NCBI GenBank assembly: GCA_973895155.1 | Contig: OZ316894.1 | Location: 8,704,234-8,768,233 of the forward strand | Reading direction: 5' to 3' | Length of the DNA stretch: 64,000 nucleotides | Source: Marsupella aquatica | Taxonomy: Eukaryota > Plantae > Marchantiophyta | Shown here: positions 14,094 to 26,324 of the stretch, piece by piece | How the letters are laid out: each line of letters opens with the position of its first letter | How positions within the stretch are numbered: position 1 is the first letter of the stretch | Translations under genes and position numbers: made by a program | The notes under the pieces: model-generated | Told to the model about the DNA's origin: nothing | Databases searched by the model: none | Seen by the model: only the letters and a program-made list of their open reading frames with translations

Positions 14094-14889
14094 GTGATAA
14101 GTCTTGATCCTTCTAGGGTTTGTCACAATGTTTCTTTTGGGGCTGGAAAAAAATATTCTTTTATTGGAGGAATTTATGATGAGACTATTATATGCGGAGA
14201 TGATAAACTTTTGAAGGACATGATTGGGGTTACCTTATATGGGAAAGAAATCAACTTATTCGAGCTCCCATGGAATTGGAGAATGTGTTTGGCAATGTTG
14301 GTGATGATCAAGATCCAATCGATCAAATTTCTGATGGGAACAACCATAATGAGAGTCGGTCTGGTGTGGAAGTAGTTTTACCAAAGGCCTTGTGGATGAC
14401 ATGCCTGTAAAGGTGATGGATGAGAATAAGTTGATTTTTGCAGTGATAACTATACATGTTCTAGATCCTATAGTGAAATTTGGGGATGTCACCCTTTGGA
14501 ATACACATGTGAAAATTCGGATAAACGATTTTGTTGAGGGAGCTACCGTTGATCATTTCAAACATAGAGATTGCTTAAAAGTTTGGTCAATGGACAAACT
14601 CATTGCCAAAGATGACAGCTTGTTGTCTTTCCACAATATGAGGCAAGCTGTGGGAAAAAACACATCTCAAACAAGTGGCAAGCGATCCTACGTTTATAAA
14701 AGTAGGAAAATAAAGAGTCCATCTTCTCAGACATTTAAAAGAGACACATCTCTAGTACATCAAGATATATTGTTGATAAACACGAAAGATTGTTGTATTG
14801 AACATTGTTGTCAATATTTGGATCATAACTTGGCTATGACAATTAGGACCTACATGATGACACATGGCATTCTCACCAGACTCATATAG
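14094..14889 (+). pseudogene. Decayed, probably DNA-transposon-associated coding fragment ending in a CC-x3-CC cysteine motif
   Basis: Protein-like ORFs 14094-14375 and 14392-14889 lie in AT-rich repeat DNA. A basic stretch KRSYVYKSRK is followed by DCCIEHCCQ. No catalytic domain visible and the family is uncertain. Confidence 0.35.
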
Positions 14890-15849
14890 TGTTCTATCTT
14901 TTAGTAGTTGAATTTACAATTTACTCCCACAACATCTTGAGTTGATGGTACTTATAAATTCTTAACTCTGAACTCCAACATTTTTTCCAATGCATCCCTT
15001 AAACCTGAGACTACTCATTGTTTGAATCACGAGGTCTAATTCTACTATGCGACTTTTCTATAATTTTGTTAAGGATGTCATTTGTTAATTTTTCATTTTA
15101 AGTGCTAAAACAATTAACTTAGCTCTAAGTACTTAGTCTTACCTAGAGTATCTCAACACTCACTATTTAGTCTCTTTGACTTTCTACTATCTAATCGTAC
15201 CTCTTTTTTTACTTTATATCTATTTTATTCTTAATTGCAATTACATATAATTATAGATACTCTATTTTTACTCTAGTTAGTATATATACCTAGAGCAATA
15301 TCCAACATCAAGTTATAATGAAGGGTGATAATGAAGGGTAGGGATAAATGATACTGTAACAAAGGACATTGCATTGGAAACTTAAGAAAGAGCATGAACT
15401 TTGATAATTAGGTCATTCAATATTATTAGATTAGGGGATATCCATTAAATATTGGCTAATAGGGTATTTATGGAGACATCGATTTGAAAATAGTGTTAGT
15501 GGACTCCTATAATTTGTACGTACATAATATATGTATGGGTTGGATTTGGGATGTGGGCCAAAGGGACATAGTTCATATGTGCAACATTGTTGAATAAAGG
15601 TGGGTCATAATTGTAATTGTACTTTTTAATATTGTGTTCACATACATAATGCAATGTAGAGTCACTTATAAAACTTTGAAAGAGTTGCTTTAACTAAGAT
15701 ACAGTTGCAAGTTTCCAAATAGTTATAGATATGACTTCCCAAAATTCAGTAGAACTCAGTTAACAAGGTGTAACTAAGATGACACCAATAATTTTGGAGT
15801 CACTTTATTCTTCAAGATCTCACACACGTCATGTAAGGTAGGGTCTCAA

Positions 15850-16739
15850 ACATGATTCTTTTTCTCTAATGATGTTGCAACCATGGAAGCAACGAAGGAA
15901 GCAATTTGGTTGGATAGACTCATCATTGAGTGAGATCGTCACAGGGAATGTGAAGCTCTATTGTGATAGTCAGAGTGCGCTCCATCTTGTTATGAAGTAG
16001 GTGATGGATAACAAAATGAAGCACAAGTCTACATCAAGTACCATTTTATTAAGCAGACTATGTTTGATAATATGTTTGAGCTAGTCAAGATTGGTGATAA
16101 ATTCAACCCGACTGATACTTTTACCAAAGTGATTTATTTGGATAATTTTTCTAACCACCATGATGTGTTGCAGGTTTTGCAATTGCATCACAAGTAGATT
16201 AGGTTACATAACAATTACGTAGACATTGAGATATGCTCTTGCTTATTCCTTATATAGGCTACAGCTTAATTATGGTCTACTCTCGTTTAAAGAGGGAAAA
16301 ATCAATTTGTTTTTCTTTCCAGAACTTTCAGTTGAGTCATTATATAGGTAACAATCTTTACCCTTCCCTAGACTAGAGTCAAGGGGGAGATTGTTGGGAT
16401 TGACTCTTAGGTGTAGAGTTATGATTGTATCACAGTTAGGGCTAACCTTAGTCGCAGACTAGATTAGGTTAGTCATGTTAGGCACATACTATACCCAAGC
16501 GGTGTTTGATTGGATAGTGGAAACTCAGGCTCATTATTACGAAGTCAATTAAGAGATAGGGAGAGCTTGTGCTATGAATACTTGGTATGATCGATCAGCC
16601 TAGAATGCAGTAAAGCTCTTGTGTATTCCCATGGACGTAATCTCAAATGGAGGTGAACCATGTACCTCTCGATGTTGATACTTGTACATTGGATGGTTCA
16701 ATCATAGTTTATCGTTGCAATTGTTGTTTATGCTCAACA
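15850..16739 (+). mobile_element. Ty1/Copia retrotransposon 3' fragment (RNase H, PPT, 3' LTR)
   Basis: Translates to EATKEAIWL...VKLYCDSQSALHL...KYHFIK...KIGDKFNPTDTFTK, the Copia RNase H motifs. The polypurine tract AAGGGGGAGA (16381-16390) lies just before the LTR start TGTTGG. Confidence 0.9.
16392..16739 (+). repeat. Copia 3' LTR (348 bp)
   Basis: TGTTGGG...CTCAACA termini directly after the PPT. Homologous copies at 36014-36342 and 41459-41815. Confidence 0.85.
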
Positions 16740-17010
16740 AGATGGTTTACAATAAACTAAACAAGTAACAATAATTTATATATAGTGCAAATGTGAAGCT
16801 ATGCAGCTATCGACAACTTTGTCCCCATGCGGTTGTGGCCTGACCACCCAATGCATTGCCTGAGCCCAAGTTGCAAGAGATGGGGGACATGCATACTCCC
16901 TCCTCATATGTACATGAATTTCTTTTTTATTATAATTTGCATCTCGTCATATGTACATGAATTTTATTTTTATTATAATTTTCATGATGAATATATATCC
17001 TATGGTAATA

Positions 17011-17353
17011 ATTCAGCGCGATTCCAAATATCGATGCATATTAATGAGGCGAGAGGGAGGGTTTATAGGGTATTACAGTGTTGAGTATCGCGGTTACATC
17101 CGCTCACGGTTTTGGGCAGTCCGTACACCATTCGGGCAGCTTGTCCATTTTCGGCCATGGCACTCCCACACCTGTCCCCAAAATATGCCCAGGACTGTCC
17201 CTATTGAGATCCAAACCCATCCCGGGCCCGCACCCCCGATTGCACCAGCGTTGAAAGCCCCCTCTCGGGTCGCTTGCACTTTCACTCCGTCGCGATGTAT
17301 GCAGAAGGGATTGGTATTCCAGGGGTACGAGTTGAAGGGATGCGATACCTAAA
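17011..17353 (+). repeat. Left terminal inverted repeat of the MULE
   Basis: Reverse complement of 26325-26644. By hand count about 21 differences over the outer ~300 bp, mostly transitions, plus two short insertions near the inner end. Confidence 0.95.
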
Positions 17354-17869
17354 AAAGCAATTGGAGTCCAGAACATTCCTTCCCGCGCACACGACCCTTT
17401 GTCAGCATAGTGCAAGCCCTATTGCATACTCTTCCAATGGACGTTTTGGCAACCGACATTTGAGGTCAATGCGCATCTGGTTAGTGTTTGCATTACAAAC
17501 CATTCCCTCACAATGCGCTTCCAATGTTCACGTATTTTGCAGGGTGAATTCATTATTATGTACTTAAACACTGTTTGAATTGCGCAGAGAACTAGGTATT
17601 CTCAAGTCTCATCCAATTCATAGCGCAAACCGGCCGGTAAGAGAAAATCAATGTCGATGCCAACTTTGTTTGATGTGCAAGCAGCTGTGATGAGGGAGGA
17701 GACAGGGTACATAGGTCCATGTAGTGTCGTTGTTTTTAATTTCATTGCCACAAATTCTTTTCCAAAAAAGTTCCTATATTGAGATTGTACAGAGGTCATT
17801 CCAAGAGGGTTGTGTAAAATTTCAATAGAAGGTCCAAGGTAGAAGCATTGCAAACATGATGCGTTGCAG

Positions 17870-20800
17870 AATGGGACATATAGCGAGTTCTTCCGGTTTG
17901 AGTTGTTAACGGATGGTTCACTGGAGCCGAATTATGGGAAACCAGCTTTGCGGGCCGCTATTTGGGATGCAACACAAAATTTGTTGGGCCTGTCTACAGC
18001 TGCATTAGCCTGTATGAATCCACTAGATCAGTTCCAATTAATCCATGACGCTGTGAAGGGTGCGCCCCTTTGCAATGTTGTTTTCCAAATGAATCGCGGT
18101 ATACTGTCCATCAATGAGTTGGACGTTGTAGCATCAACTAGTACCCTGCTGCAGTCCCGTCTTTGGACCCAAACACGAACCCCTACACAGCCTGTCACAC
18201 CGCTCAACTCCCGAGCTCCACGCAGGGCATACCCTCCACGTTTACCATGTTCCAATGGCCTCAGCTTTGGAACACTTGCGTCAGGAGTCGTAGAATCCTC
18301 TCGTGCAACAAATTGCAGCAGTACCCCATCCATGGCAACCGCACAGTCACCTATAAGCGAAACCCAGGCAGTGTCGCGCACCACACCGACATCGACCACG
18401 GGAGACTCCTCACAGGTGGTACAGGAGGAAGGCGGTCACGATGATGACTTTTCAGAAACCCAAGGCACAATGTCATCCATTGTTCGATGCCTAGTAGAAG
18501 TTTTCAGCTCATCATTGGATGTGTACTCTGGGAGCAACCGGTAGTTGTAGAATGACTTTAGCGTTGGATTAACTTAGCATTCCATTTTGGAAGGAACTTA
18601 CTTTGTTACTCGCAGGCGCCTGAATGAACACTCATTGTTCGAGTGGCAGGACTATTGTATACCTATTTGCAGCAAAGTTTATTTATCTCAAAGACGGTGT
18701 CGTGCATACTATTCATCATTCCTTTCATCTGCTTTTGCTGCATGCCTTACATTTTATTGTATCCCCAGAACTCATTTAGTTTGCCATGAATGAATTGTCT
18801 CCCACATATCCATCTGCATTTCATTGTATACCAATCATTGTTCGACTCCATGCAAAATTGAATAATCAAAACGTACATTGTTATTCATTTCCTGAAATTT
18901 TCCTAAGCACGTACTGCGGTTGCACAAAATTACTTGCAGGTGTCAGGGTTTATGGCGCGAACAAAGCATCAGGTACTTTCCTTGCCATAGTTGACATGCC
19001 TTAGAGTAGTGTTTCATTAAAATGTGCATGATTATGGTAGGAATTAGGAATTATAGTGCTCATCCGGATTAGGGATTTCTCTAATTAAGTACAAAAGTTC
19101 TGTGACTTTACAATGTTAATCATTTTCTGTTACTATAATTCACTCTGTCACTCGCTCTGAAACTCACTCTGTCAGCGTCAATTCTTTTCAGGCTTCCAAG
19201 AAAAGATTGGCCATGTGGAGGTCTTCCACTCCATCCCCCCACCCAACTGACATGCACAGTCCCCACTTAGATGTCAGCCCCATGCCTCCACCAAACCTGC
19301 CGGTTCTTGCTCTACCACCACCACCCGGCCGTTTAAACAAGGATGGGCCAAGTCATCCGCCCCCTCTTCCTAGCGTACCCGGTCTGCTCACTCCCATGTT
19401 GGCTCTACCCTCTCCATGACCGTATGTGCCCAAGCCGCCTTCGCCAAGTCCAAGTGGCCCCGTCCATAACACAAACTGTGCGGTGCCCCAGGCCACTGAA
19501 GTTGACGATGTGGTGACGACAAAAGTAGTGTCGGGTCCCTCCGGTGGCATGGTCCTCGCGTCATGTGGCACAAAAAGAAAATCCAACGGTGGAGAACCAG
19601 AGTTAGCGCGTCCCACCAAGTTTACTCCACGAAAAGCAAAGGTGGGGGTTCAATATAGAGAGCAGTCGACAAGCTCTCGGCAAAAAGAAAATATACTTAA
19701 AGCCATTTCAGATTCAGGCAGTCCAGCGGAATCTGAACGTGATGCCCGAAAGACACGCAGTCGCAAAGACAGTAAAAGTCAAGTGGACTCTTTCCATTTG
19801 AAATGTGCGTCCAAGCCTCTCAAGTTTTGCAAATGCGCAGCTTTACCCGAGCCATGCAAGAATTGCAAAATTGTAAGAATGGACCTGCCCCCTCATCTTC
19901 CTATTCTTCTTCTTGTATGTTATTGTACAATTATATAGTGGGCTTCCCTCACAGTTGTTCTCTGATGTTCCATATAGGAGTCACACGTCATAACCCATGC
20001 AAAGGAGGGAGTCCATTATTCTGTGTATGGGGCCGGAGCAGTCTGTAAGATGTTGCCATGTAAGAATGTGGTTTTCAAGACCCATCGCACATATGGCTAC
20101 CATGTTTTCAAGAAGCATGGCCTCATCAGCCAAGGTACCCCTCCAGCACTATATACAAATGATCCTGTTGCACAACAACAACGTGAAGCTAGGAATGCTG
20201 CTAGAAGGAAGCAACCAAGAGCTGTTTGCTCACCGCAATACTACAACGTAAGGGCAACCCTGTGACAACGATGGAGCATGGCAAAGAGACGAGTCAAGTG
20301 AGTTTACAGCTGATCATACCTGTGCAAACTGGATGGGTGGACTGTGCTTTGTACATGGCAAAGAGTGGTTTTCCAATGCATAAACTAACAAAATTCTCGC
20401 TTTTCTATGTAGGTCAAGTACTCAACGCAACTTTGTCACACGCTTCGAGCAAAACCGGGCACAAACTCCCCAACCAGTCGTTGAATCTGAACCAATTTTC
20501 ATTATTTTCTTCAAGTACATCATGCCTACACTTAGCTTCAGCGCATGGGATAGTCTGATAAATGATCGCGATTGGGCTTGCTTGCAGGCATTGCTCTCCC
20601 AATGCCCGCACACGTCATATGTTTGTTCATGGGTGCAGCGCGCCCTTTCTGAAATTGTTGATGGTAGATACGCTCATTTAGACAATTCTGACATTGAGCG
20701 CCTCACTAGAACAGCTTCACTGTTGTCAACTTTCTTTGAGCCATTGGGTGGCTCATTCGAAGCCATTGAAGTCCATGATGCCATGGCAGTCCAACGCCAA

Positions 20801-21645
20801 CTGCTTTGTGACCAAGCACTGAAGTGGATGTGTACAAAATGAGACAACCTTCTTTGGAATGAGGAACACGGATGGCCACAGTATCAGACATTGGGTGATC
20901 ATGAGTACAAACAGTGGAAGGCCGACCGCAAACAAAAGGCCATTGACACTTACAAGCCGAACATTGTGACAATGTACAAGACAGTTTACTCATGCACAGA
21001 TGAGGAAGCAGTGAAGCAGGTACATTACCATGAAGCTCAACTGAAATTGTGTTGCATGCACGTTGGTTTCAGTATTCAATCAGGAAACTTAAAACATGTG
21101 TGATCTTGCATGTATAGGTTGAGCTGGAGGCAGTGTGGACGGACACATCAGACGATGAGCCAATATCAGAGTCTGATGCTGAAGCGAAGGATGAACGCCT
21201 CTGCCTTGACGTTGATGCGGATGACATTTTCCAAGAGATACGCCCACACATTGTGTTGGACAAGCCTGGCAGTCCTGTGGATCCAGAGTTTGAAGCACTT
21301 CCGCCATCTGAAAATGATAAGCTTCTTCCTTTAGAGGGTGAACTAGTGTCACCACTTCCATGCATGGCTGGTGACGCTGGACCATCCGAGCCATGGCTGC
21401 AGCCAAACTTTGTTGAAGAACCTCCTATGGAGCAAGCAGATGGCATTCAGCTGCACAGTACTTTGCCGATGCCCAAAGTTGGACCGCAGTCACCTCAGGC
21501 CAATTCCATAAGTGGCACTTCGGGTGGCGAGGACCTGCAATTCACTGCCCCACAGTCGCTTGTGGAACTCATGGAGCGAATTACAGCAGCGTCAGCTAAG
21601 TGCAATGATGTTCAAAATTTGCTAGACTCCTTGGACAGTCCGTAG
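17870..21645 (+). pseudogene. Second (partner) gene of the MULE; unknown protein with Pro/Ser-rich region, Cys cluster, C2H2 zinc finger and acidic tail
   Basis: Frame-consistent GT-AG exons 19192-19872, 19978-20297, 20413-21019 and 21118-21645. Upstream exons are less certain (~17870-18490, 18940-18972; start possibly near 17437). Motifs CKCAALPEPCKNC and CKMLPC-x13-HVFKKH. Three in-frame TGA stops at 19417, 20263 and 20840. Confidence 0.75.
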
Positions 21646-22253
21646 TGACCGAGTCTCCTTAGCAAACTTTGTCATGTGTAGTTTCCCAGACACAAACGTG
21701 AGTTCACATGTTGGGTATGTAGTTGCAATATTTGGAGGCCATCTTGCTTGGCATGTGACTCGGATTTTGTTATGCATAGTTACTTAGGGTCTTACTTGAA
21801 CGTCAAAGGACGATATGTTTGAATGATTACTTTTGAGTTTTGGAAGTGAGCCGTTACTAGGAGAGATGGAAATCCTGTGGGTCCATTGAATGATTATCCA
21901 AATATATAAAGTTTTCCAAATGTTTTTCACAGTTTCAGTATCCAGCCACGACAAGAACTGATTGCACGTGTTGCATATGTTGTTGTACCTAGGCATTGCG
22001 CTTTGTATTGCAATACACTGATAGATGATAGAAACACACAATATATAGTTCACACCATGTCATTCTCAGTCCCATGCAATGTTGACATTACAATGTCAAC
22101 ACATATATTGAAGCAACGTTATGTACTGAGGCAGTGACAGTGATGGAACAAATGGGCTTCACATCATGTAATTAAAATGGCGCTGCCATGCCAGAGGCGC
22201 AAAGAATCGCAAACACAATAAAAAATTTATTTTTTGGAATTCCGCTAAGTGAA

Positions 22254-25200
22254 CTAGTCGTCCGCAGATGACTCTACATGAGGGACAACACCTGGACGAC
22301 CGGTGGACCCTACTCCTTCAGAAAAAGCTTTCAAAATGATTGCAAAATTGGGTGACATTGCCCATGCCTGGCTGGACCCTATGTTTATATTTCCAAGTTG
22401 CATGCCCATTGTCGTCTGGGTGAGAGGAGAGTTGAGCACGTTTGGTTCTGAGGCGACACTAAGTACCTCCTCAGTTTGAAATGGCGGAGTGGCTCTTGTT
22501 TTGACGTTCCGGCCACTCTTATACGGTGTCGTGAGGGCACTTTTGCGTATGCGCTTAGTCAGGGCCTTTGTTGTTGGTTTCTCGTCGTGAATGTGGTCTG
22601 TCATTGCATTCGCCAAGTCTATAAGCGCGTCTATAGACTCCTTGTCAAATCTGCCTTGAAATGATGGTTGCTTTTCCTTTCTTTTCACCTGGATTTTCTC
22701 AGGTGCATTGAGGATGGTTGCTTTTCCTTTCTTTTCACCTGGATTTTCTCAGGTGCATTGAGTCCTGACACTAAATTGTGCAAGTCACCATGTGGATATG
22801 GGGCCTGGTTCTCCTTGTTGGTTGCATGATTGGTCTTCCCGTTCCGTTTTTGTGTCCTTTTAGCGCCCATCATTTTGTCAACCCAGCCTCGTTTCCTGAC
22901 TGTAGTTCTATCAGTGCCTTCGGCCGAGCTGAGTTTGTCATGACCCGCTTCTTGCTCTAGCTTTCCCACGTTCTGTTGTGCCTCTCTCTTCAGGCAAGAT
23001 TCCACCCAATGCTTCAACTCAACCAGAGCTTGCTTAGCAAGGGTTGGGTGGTACGAGATGGAGTTGTAACATCTCTCAATGAGTAGTTGAAATTCCTTCA
23101 ACTGCGGTGAAACCTCAATTTTGTTCGTCACATCTTGGTGGCCTGCCTCCCAAATATCCTCGTTCTCATATGTCAAGCAGATACTGCCTACCTCCGTCGC
23201 CAGTGGCAGAAGCTCTCCTTGTTGTACCTGAAAATGGTGGTCTAGGCCACCGAAAAATGAACCCATCTTTGTTCCCAACTGATGGAGAATTTCCAATTCT
23301 GACATCTTCTATGTAAGCAACAAAAATTTCATCTGCACAAGAAGAGGTCCTGTCGTGCATGAGATGGCGCATGGAAAATAGAATCCATCATTGTGTAACT
23401 GATGTCATTGGTAAGGGTCATATTTCACCTGATGTTTGCAGGCATTGCCCTGAAGCGAGTATCCACATGTACACGAGCAACTATCTTTGTCCCAGTCTGT
23501 GACTACGTGTTCCTTGGGACCCACACCCAAATAGTTGGATGATGTGCTGCGAACTGAGGCACAACTGGCCTCTCCACACCGAAAAGTGGTCACATTATCA
23601 TCTAGGATGGCCTTGGCCCGTTGTAGGGACTTGTGCACATGGGCTTCAATGGTCTTATTTCAAATTCGGCCCTGGAATTTGTCAGCCAAAATACACCAAT
23701 AGTAATTTTCCAGCACTCTTATTCGCCCAAGTAGCCAAGGAATGGAGCGCCCGACAATACTGTAGCGACCAGCCTTCAACTCCATCTTCAAAGTGTGATG
23801 CCAACGCTCGATTCCCCCATTTGTGTTTTGATTGGCGTGGTTGTAGCCCCGTAATTTTATTGCCCAGCTACACACCTTGCTGTGCCATTCTCGCTTGTAA
23901 TAAACAACAAATCCAGGTTGACTGTTTGTCCATCGGTTCATAAAGGCTTCAGACTCTTCAGTCAAATTTGCAGGGCATGCAAAGTCACGTTAGGCTCAGA
24001 ATTGACTACGGAGGTGGACTCACTCGTTACAAATGATGTAAACATGTGGAGGAGTGTGGCATGGACAGAATGAAAATGGAATTGAACTTACCGGGGCCAT
24101 TTGAGTACATGATTGCACCCAATTCTGCATTAATCTGTGCTTTGGCAAATGGGCAAAAGACTTTGGAGATTATGTTCTTTGTCCAGGCCCTTCGAACGTG
24201 CCATGTGCAGAAAGTAATATGCACTTCCGGGAATACCTGCCTGCAGTAAACATTCACACATTCCAAACGTTACACTAGGTCATCCTCTCTATTAGACTCA
24301 TCCTCTCTATTATGCACCACACCGCCCAATTTGATTCATCTGGAAATGTTTAGACACTCCTGCAGGTTTTGCACTAATATACCTGATTGCTGCTTGCTCC
24401 TCATCCGCTACATCAATGATCCAACAATTTGGCTTCCAAGGGAGGATCAGATTTAGCTCAGCCCTTCTGGCATTGACACGATCCTTCAGGGCATTCAGGG
24501 TTCGGCCCACATTTGCAGCTTTGTATGATTGCATAAGGGCAAAAGCAACGGGGATGGCATTCTGAAATTTGTCAAAGACAACCACCGTGTAAAAGGGAAA
24601 CTCCAAAACAAAGAAATAGGCAACAGTGTCGGGTCAGCTCATGTTTTATGGTACATGGCAGCAGCAGGGTATAAAAATTCAGGTTCTGACAATGCACTAC
24701 TTACCCCAAGGTGATTGGTGCCAAAAGTGGCATCAAATGCTACTGGCCCCTCATGCCCAAGTTGGGCTAACTTCTTTTGTTGCCAAGGAGACGATCACAT
24801 AAGAATGAAAGGTTGGTTGTGTGCTTTGACCTATGGCTGATACAAGAGAACTTGTTCTTCATTTTGAAGCACCCATAGTTTTGTCGCTTGCGCTTTGTCT
24901 GAGCAATAGTCGGGTTCACGCCGTCGCATACAATCCCTCACTCTCTGGACATCCCTAGGAGTGAGTTGCATGTCTCTTGACATGATGACATCCGCATCCT
25001 CATCTGGGTGGTCCTTACACCACCTAGTAAGGATTTCCTCAAAATGTGCATCAACAATTGCCCTGGCAGTCAAGCCTGCCCTAAGGTATCGTTCAATTTT
25101 GGTCCTTAGCTTCAATGAGATTCTTGGAGCAATATGTGCATTGCATTGAAAGGCAGTGGGATCTTTCAGGCCATGGCAGATATTTCCAGCCCTGTCCAAA

Positions 25201-25977
25201 TGGTCTTTCCGGATCCATTCGATCAGCACAGCCCCAGGCCGGTCCTCATATTTTGTGGAGGTGAATGAGCATCTGCAACCACGTCGTACAGACATTCCTG
25301 CAGTGCTCAAAGAGGAGAGTGAGTTGAATTTGGAAATGCATTTGGAAACAGCAAGTTCTCCCCAAAGCAAACAATGAGATTGTGAGAAAAAAGGCGAGGT
25401 TCACCTGTTAGCGTTTTTCTCTTCAGAAAGATTCCCGTTTCCTTGCATTTGAGTGTGTCTGGTACCTTCGTTGATTTCCAGCCGCGATAATCCTGAGGCC
25501 CATGACAACAACAATATAACGTAGTTGTCTTGACCAAAGGACGTGTCTTGTAGATGCGGTTCTCCACCATTTATCGGATAGTGAACTGTGTATGGAAATT
25601 GTCGCGCATATTCTCACCCCAAATGAAATCTTCACCCTTCCCTCTGGGATCCAAGCATAATCAGACTTCGAACCAAACCATTGAAGAGCATTGAGTTCAA
25701 ATTCACCAGGCCGTGGATTTTGAATTTGGTCACATTTCAAATATTCAGAGTGGCTTTTCCGCATGGGTGGACTTGCTGGTGGCACGGTATCATTGCGAAC
25801 CTCGTCCTCGATAGTAAGGCCACGTAGATGCTCTAAGACTTGATCCAGAGCATCCGGTTCAACTCCATCCGTGCTGGAAATATGATTTTCATCTATACTG
25901 TCCATTCTGTGCAAGCGCGGTATGTTTGTTGCACTGTTCTCCTTGTTGGTACTCTCTTGCAAAATTGGGTCGGACAT
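22254..25977 (-). pseudogene. MULE transposase (DDE domain + SWIM zinc finger), disrupted
   Basis: Exons approximately 25977-25405, 25297-24705, 24600-24383, 24240-24092, ~23967-23429 and 23332-22254. Catalytic motifs AFDATFGTN (D at 24732-24734), WIIDVADEE (D at 24412-24414), FCTWHVRRAW (CxxH) and NTNGGIERWH (E at 23807-23809). SWIM finger CSCTCGYSLQGNACKH; N-terminal RRGCRCSF...H...CHG. Disrupted by several stops, a frameshift near 25634 and a 50-bp duplication. Confidence 0.92.
22663..22762. repeat. Perfect 50-bp tandem duplication inside the last transposase exon
   Basis: GATGGTTGCTTTTCCTTTCTTTTCACCTGGATTTTCTCAGGTGCATTGAG occurs at 22663 and 22713. It shifts the frame; removing one copy joins ORFs 22685-23305 and 22254-22688. 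Confidence 0.93.
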
Positions 25978-26324
25978 TGGCACGAGCGTGGTGCCTTCAC
26001 ACAACCAACATATGATGTGGCGCCAAGTGCAGAACTTCTACCATGGATTCAAAGACATCGAATGCACCTCAGGTGGTGACATATTAGCACGCTGTTACCA
26101 CACGAATGATTGATTTTGGTACATTGCGCGACATTCCATTTCATTCGACAGAGCACACAGTTGTGGCAGAGAAGGAGAATGTGCAGAGTGCCTCGCAACA
26201 TGTCGCGGTTACATTCCCTTGCAGGAGTTCAAGCATGGGAGTCTCCGTCCCGCTCCCTCACAATTTTGAAACAGTATTCCTCATTTGAATGCGTACATAA
26301 CCGAGATTAAGGTGCCAAAAAAAA

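Noticed and set aside
16951-17415. ORFs within the left TIR, mirrored at 26307-26611
   Set aside because: These are chance open frames in GC-rich TIR sequence. A 1-bp indel between the two TIRs changes the frame, so they are not conserved as proteins.
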